A stretch of 64,000 nucleotides of DNA from Lytechinus pictus (lineage: Eukaryota), in contig NW_026974140.1 in assembly GCF_037042905.1 (NCBI RefSeq), positions 15,934,001-15,998,000 of the forward strand, written 5' to 3'. This document shows, one piece after another, positions 1-13,572 of the stretch. Below the pieces are notes generated by a model that saw only the letters and a program-made list of their open reading frames with translations, made no database searches and was not told the origin of the DNA. Position 1 is the stretch's first letter. Each line of letters begins with the position of its first letter. Both the position numbers and the translations under genes were made by a program.

Positions 1-1689
1 AAATTCATTCATCATTATGATAACCCTCGAAATCATATTCATTCTATAATATGCTTTGGTCATATCATAGACCTAGGTCCATGGTCATATGCCTCGCTAT
101 ATTATTTAGCCCTTTAAGTGTGAAATCCAATCTGGATCTATAATGAGAACCAGATTACCTGATCATTTTGACTGCGTTAATTTCTTACGTGGTCATAGGC
201 CTAATGCAATTTTCATCAATGATGCATAAAAAATCCAAAGTCTTTCTGTTGCCATGCCATGGCAACAAAAAGACTTGATTTTTTAAATACTGTTTTGCAT
301 GCATTGCTATATAATGTTTGGAAAAGTATATAAAATAAATAATATTTAATTTTGGCAACAGCAAATTCGTATCCTTGACTCACAAATCCACTGTGCAATG
401 TAAATAAATGTTTTTTAAGCCCGTATACAGTGATGATCGCAAGTGGCGTATGATGAGAGTTAACAAAAATGACGGGTAAGAAGGTGGCGTATACATGCAG
501 AGACACTTTCTAAATAGTCGCGATCAAGCAAAAAAAAATCAAATCTAAAAAGATGGAAATCGAATTATGTGACGTATTTTACGTAATAAATTCTAGTTTT
601 TTCCTTTTCCTCATTAGTTTTGCTTTTTTTCTCGGTATTTTAACATTTAGAGGGGTAAGTGCCCCCACATTGCCATCATCTGCACGCCAGTATGATGTTG
701 AAATAAATCAAAACATTAAAGTCATAAACACTATTTTTTAAATTTCATTCTTATTTTTTCTATTCATTTATTATTATTTGCGGGGAGGGGTATCTGAAGA
801 CCACCCTACCCGAAACTTTTGAAGGCTGTCAACAAAATCCACTGTGGCTGTCATCAGAGTAATGCTGAGAGTGATCTAATGTATTTTTTACTACTGAATT
901 TTCAACATTTCTTACATTGTTGTTGTATATTGATGTGGGCTTATTGATTGTGATGTTTGAAAGTTCTTACATTTAAGCCGTATATGCGCAAGAAGATAGA
1001 GAGAAAAAAGGTCCCTTCATCCGTTCCTCTTTTACCATACAAAAAGTCGTCATGAAAATGATAATTAGGATAAAGAGAAATGAAGCGTATTGGAAGAGTC
1101 TGTCAAGAACTCGGTGAGACACGTGAGAGTCGCGATATAGAATGTCTAAAGGGGGAGACACAAAATGAACAAACATGACGAGATAGAAGCGAAGAAAAAA
1201 AAAGACTGATTGTATGTAGGTTTGGGAGTTACTGAGGAGTGTTAGATTTTAAGGGAGCATCAAAAGGGGAGCATAGCGACGAATGTTGACGTATGCTGAC
1301 GAGTATCATTTGAGACTTCAACAGAGTAGAAGAGAACTGATGTTTGTTCCTGACCACAACAAACCCGATGGCTAATAAGATTGACCTTGTATGACCTTGC
1401 CCTTGATATCAAAATGAGGTCACGAAGGGTTAATCATATGACCTTTGACATTGCAAAACATCTGCAAAGTCTATCCCATAATTGACACCTCCAGGCACTT
1501 TACCCGTTTATTTTCTGTGCCTATATTTGTCGACATTTCTTTCATCGTACATGATCGCTAGGAAGAGAGAAAGTGTTGACGGTTTGGACCCGGGGTTTGG
1601 GTTAATTTTGGCAACGTTTCAACTCAATTTGAGTCTAAATAGTCATGTGAAAGTCATCTCCGTTTTTTATCTAAAGATCAAGACAATGT

Positions 1690-1880
1690 TGGAACGACCA
1701 TACTCGACTGGAATAAACTCCCTGCAGACATAGTTAACTCACTATCTTTGGACTCCTTCAAAAATCATTAAACTAAATATCAATTAATACTTCGAGCCAC
1801 TCTTCACATAGCGTGCTCTTCAAGTTAGCGTGATGTGCCAATCCTGGTATTTTGCTGACTGAACGATACAGATACAGATA
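1690..1880 (+). mobile_element. 3' end of a CR1/L2-group LINE (decayed ORF2 C-terminus plus tail)
   Basis: Translates to TILDWNKLPADIVNSLSLDSFKNH, the typical WN.LP ORF2 terminus, and ends in a (GATACA)n tail at ~1865-1880. Confidence 0.6.
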
Positions 1881-2120
1881 AGTAAATTCATGCAGTATTC
1901 CTTCCCTTGCCTTACACGAATGAGCCTATAGGAGGCTATGTAAGCCTATGTCGATTTTAATCATTTTTATTGAGATGTTATAAAAGCGATCTGCCTCTTT
2001 TTAGATACAAGCCTAGCTCTTATATGTTTATCACAATCATAAAATTGTTATAAATTATAATAGTTTCATGCAACGTCCATGAAAAAGGAAACCCCCGTTG
2101 CTGAATTCAAACGTTGTTTT

Positions 2121-3060
2121 CAGTGGCGTACCGTAGGTCACGGCATGGGGGGGGGGTGCACAAGCAAACATTTTAGTGGGCGCGCAAAGCACGCTCAATT
2201 GCCAGGTATACTGACCTACTGAGAAATTTTAAAGATTGTGCCAGATATGTATGTCACTGATCAAATAATGCGAGCGCGAAGCGCGAGCTGAAAATTTTTG
2301 ATATTCAGACATAAAGGTGGACATTATAAGCAAATTTGTGTAATCATAATGCGTACCCATCTCACTAAACAAACAATGCGAGCGCGAAGCGCAAGCTGAA
2401 ATCTTTTTTATATATTGACCCCAAACAGGGACATTTTAAGGACTATTTTTTAGGAATCCATTAAGAGTATACATATTTAAACATAGCCATCTCACCATAG
2501 CGCCAAGCGCTTGCTGATTTGGTCAGAATTACATCTAAACATAAGCACTTTTTGTAGTCATTGTAATCATTATTAACATACGCATCTCACTAATCAAATA
2601 TTACGAGCGCGAAGCACGAGCTGAAAATTTAGGACATTCAGACCTAAAGAGGGGCATTTTAAGGCTTGTTTGTAGGAATTCATTTTAAGTAGTCATGAAA
2701 AAGAAGCATATATCACTACATAAAACAATAATAACTCGAAGTGCGAGGGAAATATATTTGGTGTATATTGACTTGAAAGCAGGATTATGTATCTCGTTAA
2801 ACAGACAGTGTGACCACCAGGAGCGATGAACACACAGGTCCTGAGCAAATTATGTTTCATAAAGTTATGAAAAAATATTTCTTATGTAAAATAGCATAAT
2901 CTATATACATATTTTAATGTAAAATAATTTCTTCTTTCCCACTACGTTTCCCTTCCTTTTCCCTCTTTTCCCTTTTTTTTGCCAGCCGATGGGGTGGGCC
3001 CAGTGGCGTACCTAGGATTTTCCACAGGGGGAGCAAAATCGGCCGCCAAAAAAATTGACA

Positions 3061-3099
<39 letters not shown>

Positions 3100-3278
3100 T
3101 CTTCAAGCTCGTCGGGGGGGGGGGGGCATAAAAGGTCTTTCAAGCTCGTCAGGGGGGGCAGTGATATGTATTTTGTATGGGTTGTGGCTCGTCAGGGGGG
3201 GGCAGAGTGCCCCCCCTGCCCCCCCGTAGGTACGCTAGTGGGTGGGCCCCCCCCCCCCCCCCCGTAGTTACGCCACTG
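2121..3278. mobile_element. Non-autonomous hAT-type element with an internal GCGAGCGCGAAGCGCGAGC repeat array
   Basis: TIRs CAGTGGCGTA / TACGCCACTG; perfect 8-bp TSD GTTGTTTT (2113-2120, 3279-3286). Confidence 0.85.
3001..3240. mobile_element. hAT-type MITE nested in the 2121-3278 element
   Basis: TIRs CAGTGGCGTACCTA / TAGGTACGCTAGTG; perfect 8-bp TSD GGTGGGCC (2993-3000, 3241-3248). Confidence 0.85.
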
Positions 3279-5732
3279 GTTGTTTTGTTCCCCCTCACTT
3301 TCTCTCTTTCTGATGGAGACTTGGCATTGATTGGGACACTTGGATTAAAAATTGTTTGATCCACCACCTCTATATATCAACACAGGGTTCAAGATGAAGG
3401 GAACTCGGTAGCTGATGATTCAAATTCGAGACCAATATCTGAGATATTAATTAAATCTTCTTTTGAAAGTCAACTCCTTGACAGTAATGCTCCGGTAAAT
3501 CAATTGACACCATAAATTGCTCCGCCAAAATACAGGAATCAACTGAATCGGGGTGAACTTTTAAAACGACCGACATTATATTCGACCCGTAATAACCTAA
3601 TGTTTCCTTTGAGACTCGTTAACAGTATGATACATTTAATTCATGTCTCTTGGGGATAATGAAAACGTCATGTCTTGTGACTCTATCAAGTTCGTATAAA
3701 ATATAAGCCAATATAACCTTTACCCTTTTAAAATGAAAGGCAATGTTATAACACTCTGTATTAGACAGAGAGCTTTTAGAAAAAAGGAGAATTAAGAATC
3801 AGTTGAAAAATATCTTTGAAAAAGGGATCTTTCGGTAATTACTGAATTTACTTGAAAGTTAATGATCATTAATTTTTAATGTCTTACACTCAATTAAATA
3901 AATCTGTTCTTAATGCATCAATCTATACTCAGAGAATATAATTATACTTTGCAATTAATGTAAACGGAACAGACAAGACTTAGTGAATAATCGAACAGGT
4001 AATTTGCTTATTTTCTCATGACTTTTGTTCAGTTGCATTGTTTTGTTTATTAGGGCTGTGACCGCTCGGAAAGTGTAGGAAAAAGACTTTTGTGTTATAG
4101 ACTTTGAAAAAGGAATATAGGAGAATATATACGGTGATCAAAATTCTTACATTATCTGTACAACATTTTAAAATTTTATTTAAATAGAGAAAAGGCCTAT
4201 AGGCAAAATCCGTGTTGTTTCATTATTGGATTGGTTCTCTATTCAGACAACAAACCGACTGCGTGATATCCCTTTCTATGAATTGTCAGGAAGGCATTAA
4301 TAATAACAACAAACAAACAAAAACATACCTCTCTACACTCTACACCCCCTCCTTCCGGTGTAGCGAATGCGAACTGACTCTAAAGGGACAGTGAAACCGG
4401 CACTTGCTGATCAAATTTACCATATGCCTATCCAAATACAGTTTTAAAGCATGTATTCATCTCCAATTCACCTCACATAATCTGTATGAGACTAAAATTT
4501 AAAAAAGAGGTGCCTTGAACTTCGAGAAAAATGGAAGAAATATGTAACAAGAAGTTTTAATTTTATTTTTAACAGAGGACTGGGGGAAGTAATCAAGTGT
4601 AATGGGGCAAACCATCAAATTTAAAATTTTGGAGTTTGGATAAGATTCGCTCTTTCTGAAAAATACAAGCGAGCGAAGTGAGAGAGCAAAAAAAATCTGA
4701 TTTTCTTTTTTGAACAAGTAAAATTGATTAAACATTCATGAAAATTATAACCCTAAAAATGCGAAACAATATCTTAATATATATTTTTTTTTTGGGGGGG
4801 GGGGTCTTCAGAACCACCCCTCCCCCTCCCCTCCCACCACCCCACCTCCCGGATGAGCCGGATTTCCACATTATGCTAGGGGTTCTAATTACTTAGGTAA
4901 TTTTACCCTCTTTTGAATTGGTCAGTATTTCATTTATATCATGGCTTTCAAGATTTACCATGTCACTTGTGTAATGCACGATAATGGAATGGGTCACAAT
5001 AAATTGGGCAGTCCCAGTCACTTCCTTGGAAGCTTCATTAAATTTGAGGTGAAAAGCTGTCTTGGTCGTGCGTTCGGCCATCACGCATGACAAAATTGTA
5101 ATTAAGAGGCTGATGGCGGTTTTTTGACCAATGGTTATAAAAATCTATACAGACTAGAACTGGCGTATTGTAGATGGGGGACTTGGAGCACTTTCTCTCA
5201 AACAAAGTTTCATGACCAAGAAAAAAAGAAAGAAAGAGAAAAAGAAATAAACGATGAAGGGATGAAAGGGTGGATTTTTACTAATCATGATAATTACCTT
5301 ATTTTCATGTCAAATCTATAACTAACAAAATTATGTTTTCATGTTATAGAAGTGATTTTTTTTTTAATTTTAAACTTTATTTTGATTATATTTCTGTTCC
5401 TGTTATGACATGCGACATTATGGATAATCCCACATATTATTGGACTTTTCCTCTGCATCATTTTGAAGCATATTATATTTCTCGGAAGCCTCGACGATGA
5501 TATAGTCAATATAAATACTATATGCATGAGATGATCAAACCGTGTTTAAATAGGCCTATGAATTAATGATATATTATTATTCTGATCCTGCATGAGTCAT
5601 CAATCAACACTTCTTTAATGGGTATATATATAGGGGGCATGTATTGGTAGCCAGATTCGTTGCAAAGGATTGTGAATAAATTCCCAAATTAATCGTTAGA
5701 AATTTATCACAACAACACAAAGTGTAGTACTC

Positions 5733-5980
5733 TACTCTAAAAAATGCTCCATGAAGGTAGTTATGTGTCCAAACCAACATTGGGCATTTCTTTTGGGCAT
5801 TTTTTTATTTATTCAGTGTGATGAAAATTCTGCCCATTCTAAAGTAATTGCTGCTTATTTTTTAACCTTACTGGACAATATGTTTCCCTCATTGGGTAAA
5901 TAAAAATACTGCCCAAAATTGGTTGGACACATAATTACCCTCGTGCTGGTTAAAATTTTACCCAATATTTTTTACAGTGT
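5733..5980. mobile_element. Degenerate MITE with CACT-type termini
   Basis: Right end TTTACCCAATATTTTTTACAGTG; degenerate left end TACTCTAAAAAAT; internal TTGGGCA/TGCCCA inverted motifs. Confidence 0.45.
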
Positions 5981-7071
5981 ACACGTAATGGCACATTAAT
6001 GAACTATTGCGCATTCCCCTTACAGGATTAAATGGAATTGTGGTCAACCGTCAATTCACTTTTATTTATTTTGGAAAGATGGTATAGGACAAAGATCTAT
6101 AGACAAAGCAAAAAGATAATTTTAGAGACAAGAAAAAAATATTGTAATTCACATTCAATGAAAACTTCTATTATGTCATGATAAATGTTAACTTTCTTTT
6201 ATTACCAGGAATATTTTACTATATTCTCAAAATGATCCCATATAATCTCATGTTAAATCATTTTTCTTGAATGGAGGGAACAATAATTATATGGATGTGT
6301 GGTTAATGTTTAATTTATTCTCTTTCTTTTGTTGATTTTATTATGTATCTACAAATAATTCAAGATGTTTTTTTTTTGTATATCTTATTACTCTAAAGTC
6401 AGCTGAAAACTATGCATTCTCGTTGTCTTTCTATCACTCCGACCCGATATATACCATTACTTCTAAATGACACTTGCAAGGCTGCTCTGGGATTCATTTA
6501 ATAAGCTTACTTCAAGGATCAATGATCGGTTACCATAGCTACGCTTTTAATTTGAGCCAATGCATATGAGGCAATGTAACTGAACATTAATATACTCCTA
6601 ACATGTCATTCTTAACATTTTTAAAGACGCCGTTCAATTACAAAAACGCGCATTATTGTCTCACTTGACTTTGTATCAAAGATAAGTCCTGTTGCAATCT
6701 CATCTATCATTTTTTGACGCAATGTTACGCAAAGTATAGTTTAATTTCCTTAATGCTACCCCAAAAAATCTGAAAATATTCATCAGCACGTATAAGCTCA
6801 TACTGGTCCTCTTATATTTGATAGCTTTTAATACAAAATGTTTTTTTCCACCTTTTTCGGCGGAACACACCTTTCCCCCGAGTTCTATATATAGGGTAGG
6901 GGTTAATTTCTTGTCAGTTTATGATTTTTTAGATCTGCCATGTATGCAACACAACGACGCGTTGCGACGCCATCTGTCACTTTTAGTATGGAGTAGGCTG
7001 GCACATGCATGTTGTATAAAAAAACGTAATAAATGGTGTGTGTTTTTTGTTGTTGTTCGTTTGTATGTAGT

Positions 7072-7358
7072 GGGGGCGTCGTGGTCTAGTGGTTACGAAT
7101 CTCGTCTTTCAATTAAAGGGGCGTGGGTTCGAATCTCGGCCACGGCGTGTATTCCTTCAGCAAGAAATTTATCCACATTGTGCTGCACTCAACCCAGGTG
7201 AGGTGAATGGGTACCCGGCAGGATTAATTCTTTGAATGCACCAATCGCCTTTAGCAGCTGGAGTTACAGCCGGGGTAATATATGTATATAGTGCGCTATT
7301 GAATAGGAAACTAGATAAATCGGCGCCTCGTTAATGCTATATTATTATTATTATTATT
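7072..7358 (+). mobile_element. tRNA-derived SINE
   Basis: A box TGGTCTAGTGG, B box GGTTCGAATC, central CACTCAACCCAGGTGAGGTGAATGGGTACC segment resembling conserved metazoan SINE domains, LINE-like 3' end with an (ATT)n tail. Confidence 0.85.
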
Positions 7359-7862
7359 GTATTCGCAATTTATTAAGTACACAATTTGCATACAAAGAAG
7401 TATAGATGCATAAGAATCCACATTAGAGAGGGCAAATAAAGAAAAGTTAATGTCTTTAGAAACGTTATGAAAGCCATCTTGAGTAGATAAAACATTTTTT
7501 TTTTCAAATTCAGACACGCCCACATACACCTAAAGAAACTTTAAGCAATCACCCTCATCCCCTCCCCTCTCTCTCTCTCTCTCTCTCACACACAAACATA
7601 TACGAAACAATGGATGCCCTTAAGAGTTTGTTGGTCAGATCCCTATTGCAGCGTGTACAGTCATGATGGTAAACAAAGCGCGAAAAATGTCCTCTTCAAG
7701 ACTTCAGCACCAAAGCTAAATCACGAGGAGAAAGAGAGGGAGAGGTGAAAAGAGATGCGTGCCTGGCCGGAGGATGTTTATCTCACCTGATTCTCTTCTA
7801 TTCTTCGTCTAACTTCCTGTTACCATCAGCAATGATAGATGAACAGGTGCATCAATCACATC

Positions 7863-9890
7863 CAGGGGCGTCGCTAGGCCTTTTCCAGTAGGGGGTATAG
7901 TGGATGGCCTGATCACCGACAAATATCGGTAGCGATTACCGATGTCCGGCCACCATCAATCTTGGAAGTGTTCTACATTCTCCTCAGACACATTTTCTTT
8001 CGTCATACCCAGGATCAGTTTCAGCTTTTATCGATGGGGGGAGGGGAATATTTTCATAAACATTTTCCCGTCGCGGCCGCCGAAATCTGAATTTTTTTTT
8101 TTTTATAAGGGGTCATTCCTAACTAAATTTTCATTTTTAGAAGCAACATAATGTATATCATGTGGCCTTGATATACATTACAACGCGAGCGCGAAGCGCG
8201 AGCTCAAATTTTTTGATTTTTAAAAATATATTTAGCCCTAAAACATGAACAATGTGAGCAGCTTTTGTAATCATCATTGGGGTATCTAACTAAACGATCC
8301 ATGCGAGCGCAAAGCGTGAGCTGAAAATTTTAATATACTGGCCAGCAAAAATACCTGTTGAAGACTGTTCGCAGTGATCTATCAAAGAACACATTTCTCT
8401 CCAATCCCAAAATGCGAGTGCGTAGTGCTAGGTAAATAATTTAATATTCCGACCTGACCTGAAAACTCGATTGTAACCATGAAGAGGATGGACATATCAA
8501 GCAAACAATCGATGCGAGCGCGAGCTGAAAATTTGATTTCCAGCCAGAAAACTGGACATTTTACGCACCTTTTCCATGAGTAATATGCATATATAGTCAT
8601 TCATGTGAGCGCGAGCTGATACTTTTAATTAACCTTTCTGAAAAAGGACCTGTTTATCAACGGTTTGCAGTGACTCATAAATGTAATACATTTCCCACTA
8701 ATCAAATAGACCGAGCTCAAAGCGCGACCTGAATTTTTTGGAGATATTGGACCTGAAAACTGGACTGGTTAAAAATATTTTTAAATAAAGAACACAGTAA
8801 ACAAGCGCGAAGCGCGAGCTGAAATTTTCTTCAGATTTAGAAGTATAAACGGAGCATTCGAAGTAATGTAACCATGAAGAATGTCGGCATAGAACTAAGC
8901 AACTGTTAAGAGCGTGAACAGTTTTTTTTTAATTTTACAATCTGAAAATGTAACATTTTCTACACTTTTTGCAATCCTCAACATGATGATTATCTAATCA
9001 AGCTTAGATTTGAAATCGGACATTCCATGCAGTTTTTGTAGTCATGAAAAGGAAGGGTGTCCGCTGAATGATGAGAGCGCGAAGCGCGAGCTGACAATTT
9101 TGGATATTTTGACTTAAAAACTAAATATTTTCATATGTTTTTACATTAAAACAAACTCAGTGTCTGCATCTGTAATTGAACAAGCTGTGTATCTCAATAA
9201 ATATTAATGCGAGCGCGAGGCGGGAGCTGATTAAAAAAAAAATATTTTGACTTAAAACGTTTTACATGTTTCTACATTAAAACAAACTCGGTTTCTGCAT
9301 CTGTAATTGCGCGAAGCGCGAGTTGAAAATTTTGGGATATTTTGACTTGAAAACTTAACATTTCACATATTTTTACATTAAAAAAACTCAGTTTCTGCAT
9401 CTGTAATTGAACAAGCTGTGTATCTCAATAAATATTAATGCGAGGCGGGAGCTGATTTAAAAAAAAAATCTTTTGACTTAAAACGTTTTTACATGTTTCT
9501 ACATTAAAACAAACTCGGTTTCTGCATCTGTAATTGCGCGAAGCGCGAGTTGAAAATTTTGGGATATTTTGACTTGAAAACCTAACATTTCACATATTTT
9601 TACATTTAAAATACTCAGTTTCTGCATCTGTAATTGAACAAGCTGTGTATCTCAATAAACATTGATGCGAGCGCGAATCGCGGGCTGAAATTTTGATTTA
9701 CTGATGTACTTTTTTTTTTCCTTCCTTTTTTCTCTTTCTCTTCTTTCCCCCTTTTTTTCCCTCTTTCTCCCTTCTGTTTTTTTCTTTCTCGCTCTCTTTT
9801 TCCTCCACTTTTCACGACGGCAGCGCTGATTTACCGACGATATCCAAATTATGGGGGAGGGGTGTCGCACCCCCTTTAGCGACGGCCCTG
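7863..9890. mobile_element. ~2-kb non-autonomous hAT-like element with an internal tandem array
   Basis: TIRs CAGGGGCGTCGCTA / TAGCGACGGCCCTG; degenerate 8-bp TSD ATCACATC/ATCATATG; ~120-bp units carrying GCGAGCGCGAAGCGCGAGCTGA; a ~230-bp higher-order duplication at ~9.1-9.65 kb. Confidence 0.75.
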
Positions 9891-11489
9891 ATCATATGTT
9901 ACTCAAAGGGAAGCATCAAAACGTCCTCCTTGTAAGTTACCCCCCTCCTCGGCCCACATGGTGAGAAAAGGGTCGATATGTGACAGCGTTTTCCATCAAG
10001 CTTTTGTGAAAGCCCCCACCCTCTTCCCGGTTGTCTCGAAAGGGTGCGGTTACCCCCACTCCACTCCCGCCTTTTCACCCATACGGTGTAAATGATGATA
10101 AAGATTATGATAATGATGGTGGTGATAATAAAGAAGGGGAAGACATAGAATCTACCTTGTAAAATTCATTCCCTAAGAATGGTCCACCTCTCCCCCGCCC
10201 TTATATATTTTGTATTCTTACTATAGATACAAAATTTAAATCCCTGTTTTTTTCTTCAGAATGCTTGTGACTATTTTGCACCACGGACCTACTAGGTCGG
10301 TCCATGTTTGTATAGGCTATACTAACCGCACAATTGGGGGTTCAAATTGGCAAATTCTTGATCTTGATGCATACTTGACATTGACACATAAATATATAAA
10401 CAGCAAAATAAAACACGGCTATGTATAGTCTTGAAAGAAAAACATAAGTATTTATTTGTGATAATAGTATTTTATTATCTTCAATATGATATGAGAGTAT
10501 GATAATTCTTTTCGTTTGTAAAAGAACATTGTGCGACAGTGCACTTTACCTTGGTGCGTCAACAAACTTTGCTATTTGCACTATTAATGACCCCACAATT
10601 CTTCTATATCAAGTTATAAGTTCATTATTGAATTTGGGAAAATATGTCTCCCAAGGCAAGCCATTATGATTTTTTTTCATCAGCGTCTCGACTTTATTTA
10701 CACTCTTCTAAAAGCCACCGCACACCTGAATTTGGAATAAACTTTATAGATGTGCAAATTGAAACCGGGAACATTCCACCGTCTCGACTTTCAATGTTGA
10801 AGATTTCAGTCCTTTTTATAAGAATAAATCGAATGAAATATCTCATCGTTATGACGTCATAGCAGGCACATGATTGGGTACGATTTGAAACCATTTACGC
10901 CGCCATATTATTATGAAGGCTTATTATTATTAGCCCTACTTTCTTAACATTTAATAATGATTTTGTTACTATTTTCCAGAAAACTTGCAGAATACTATTG
11001 GTTCAAAAATTGAGAACGTTGGCCATTCGTATGCAGAGAAAAGCCACACCTCGACCGTTCTAAATGCAGTTAGTCCTATCTGCATGCCTTATGCAGCACT
11101 TTTATTCTATATTTCATTGTATTATATCTAACATAAAATTCTTTCGAAATTCAGATATGACTGTCTACTAGTTTTCTAGATTTTATTTGTGTGAATTACT
11201 GAATTTAGGGGAAAATTGCTATCGTCCTTTAATAACAGAAAAACAGCTAGGTACTATTGGCAGTATACTCAAAGTCCACTCTGTGCCCTCTCATCGACTC
11301 GGTAGTGTGTAACCGATACGTCTACCGAGAGTGAACACACCGTGGCATACAATAAGGGTGGGAAGAGGCGTAGGAAATATGATACATAAATTCTCGTGAT
11401 TTGATTCCTTACTGCAAATACAGAAAATTGAAGAGCCATTAATGATAGGAGCAGGAATGGGGCGATTCGGTGCATGCGACGACAACAAG

Positions 11490-11623
11490 GGGAATATAGC
11501 TCGATAGTGGTTACAGTAAAATTCATTCTCACGTTGGAAGACTCAGGAGAATACCCTGCCCTCGCGAACTAACACAATTTCAAGAGTGATCGAATTTGAT
11601 TATTTCACTTTCCAGGAAGCGAG
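11490..11623 (+). promoter_or_regulatory. Putative core promoter and non-coding first exon of the GS-like gene
   Basis: CpG-rich segment; AATATA at 11493 lies ~30 nt before an Inr-like TCATTC (11523-11528); strong donor GAG|GTATGT at 11624; matching pyrimidine tract and acceptor GTGCAG| at 14388, 34 nt before the ATG. Confidence 0.5.
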
Positions 11624-13572
11624 GTATGTCGTCTGCCTGTACTATCGGTTTATCCGTGGCGCCTCCTAACATTATACCGTCTCTCTATACAGCTGTTGAT
11701 TCCCGCTAAATCACACTGCATCACGCCATGCTGTCGCTTCGTATTGTCTTCCATCTCTCGATCATCGCTCAAAGCTTCGGCTCTGATACGTGCACATCAA
11801 TGATTTCGGAAACTTGCTTGCCGTATTTGTCACCATCCGTGCGACTCAAATTTCTTCACTCAAAACATACGCAAAGTCACTTTTCCTTAAATGCTTAATT
11901 TCTTTCTCTTTAGCAGCATATTCAGACAAAGAATGCCAAATACTGTATTGGATAGGGAGATTTACTAACAAGTTTCAGGAAACGATGTTGATTAGTGTAT
12001 TTTATGTGTTTATTAAGATATAACTCTTAGCATCCATTTTAAACAAAGATTGTTATTCAAAAACACATTTTAATGACTGATATACAACGCTTGGAATCTA
12101 TTTTGCATAATCTTGTCGATGTACATGCTAATTTCCTTGCAAATTCTCAACGCATGTTGTCAAGAACAACATATATTTTAAAGGGATAGGCCTATCTTGT
12201 TTCCAAGTGCCCAGGAAAAATATCCTATACGTTGAGTATAAGACATAATTCTGTGATTTGTGTCATTATGTTATTCTAAAAATAAATCGTGACAATTAAA
12301 ACCATTATTTATGCCGAAGTGAAATGCGTCATTCTCTGTTGAATACAAAGCATATTGCCAGTTACAAAATGCAGATTGTTGATCATAAAAAATACGACAA
12401 AAATAGTTTGATTGCATCATTTATGAAATTGATTTTGCCAATCCGTATCACCCAGCCCCTGGTCATGAAAATAGAATGAATCAATTTCAATCAAAAATTG
12501 ACTTTATCTGGCTCCATTTCATATTGCGATGGATGCAATTTACACATGTATTTTGGGAGGAGTGGTGACTGGTGAGAGGTCGTGTTTGAATGCAAAGTAC
12601 AACCCAAGGTGCTATATGCATATACAAGATCATGTTTTTATAAATAAAATTGACAACATATAATGTCAAATCTAAGATTTGTTTCCTTCAACTTTTTATG
12701 AGCAAATTTTCTTCTAAAAGATTAACATTATAATTTGCAAACTTATGTCACATTGACGACATCAAATCAAAATTGATTCCATTTGATATTAACTTAAGAT
12801 TGTTTCCAACCCCTCGTCTACGTACAAAGTCGACAGCAGACATATTGAAACCGGATGCAATTCCTTTGCGATTGGACCAACTTCTTTTCATCAATAAGCG
12901 GTGCTGTGACGAATTCAATATTGTAAAACATGTTATTACAAATAAATACATATTTCAAACAGTCCTCGACCTCAAGTATATATATCTGCATACCGTCTGT
13001 CAATGTCAAACATGGCATCCTTGTAACGTTGATTAAACTTATTTTGCCAGTACCTGGACCTTGGAATGGTAAACCGAACTTTTTGGTAACCGACTTTCGT
13101 TTCAGGTTCATTGTTTTTCCAATCTTTCCTCTCAATAAGGTCACATTATATTTACATAGACTATCATTCACCCATAGACTGTATAGTGAAGCTGTCTTTG
13201 CAAAGAGAAAATAATGATTACCACCCGAGTAATCCACGTAAGATATTAAGGAGTTTTCGTTTCCAGGACGCTAGACGGATTCAAGAACATAGAAAATGTA
13301 TTGTCAAATGCCCATTTATGACAATGAACACAGATTATTGGTGAATCAAATCAGCAGTTTCGTCCTGAACTCTGGACAAAATAATTTAATGACATATTTG
13401 CTATATTTTCGTCAGCTCCGAAACTTCAGATGAAACTGCTGTCCCGATTGAACCAATAATTTTCGACAAAGACCTCCCAGCTGTTCATTGTCATTTGACT
13501 AGTATTTTTAATACATCTACTGTCATGACTGTGTTCTTAAATCACCTATCTACAGCATGAGCAACCGTTCCC

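Noticed and set aside
3055-3367. Poly-Lys/Gly/Pro ORFs
   Set aside because: They are homopolymer runs inside MITEs.
7072-7145. tRNA-like sequence
   Set aside because: The acceptor stem does not pair properly and the sequence continues into a SINE body and (ATT)n tail.
8180-9700. Regularly spaced conserved motif resembling a CRISPR array
   Set aside because: Eukaryotic context, spacers are homologous to each other, no cas genes, and the array lies within transposon TIRs.
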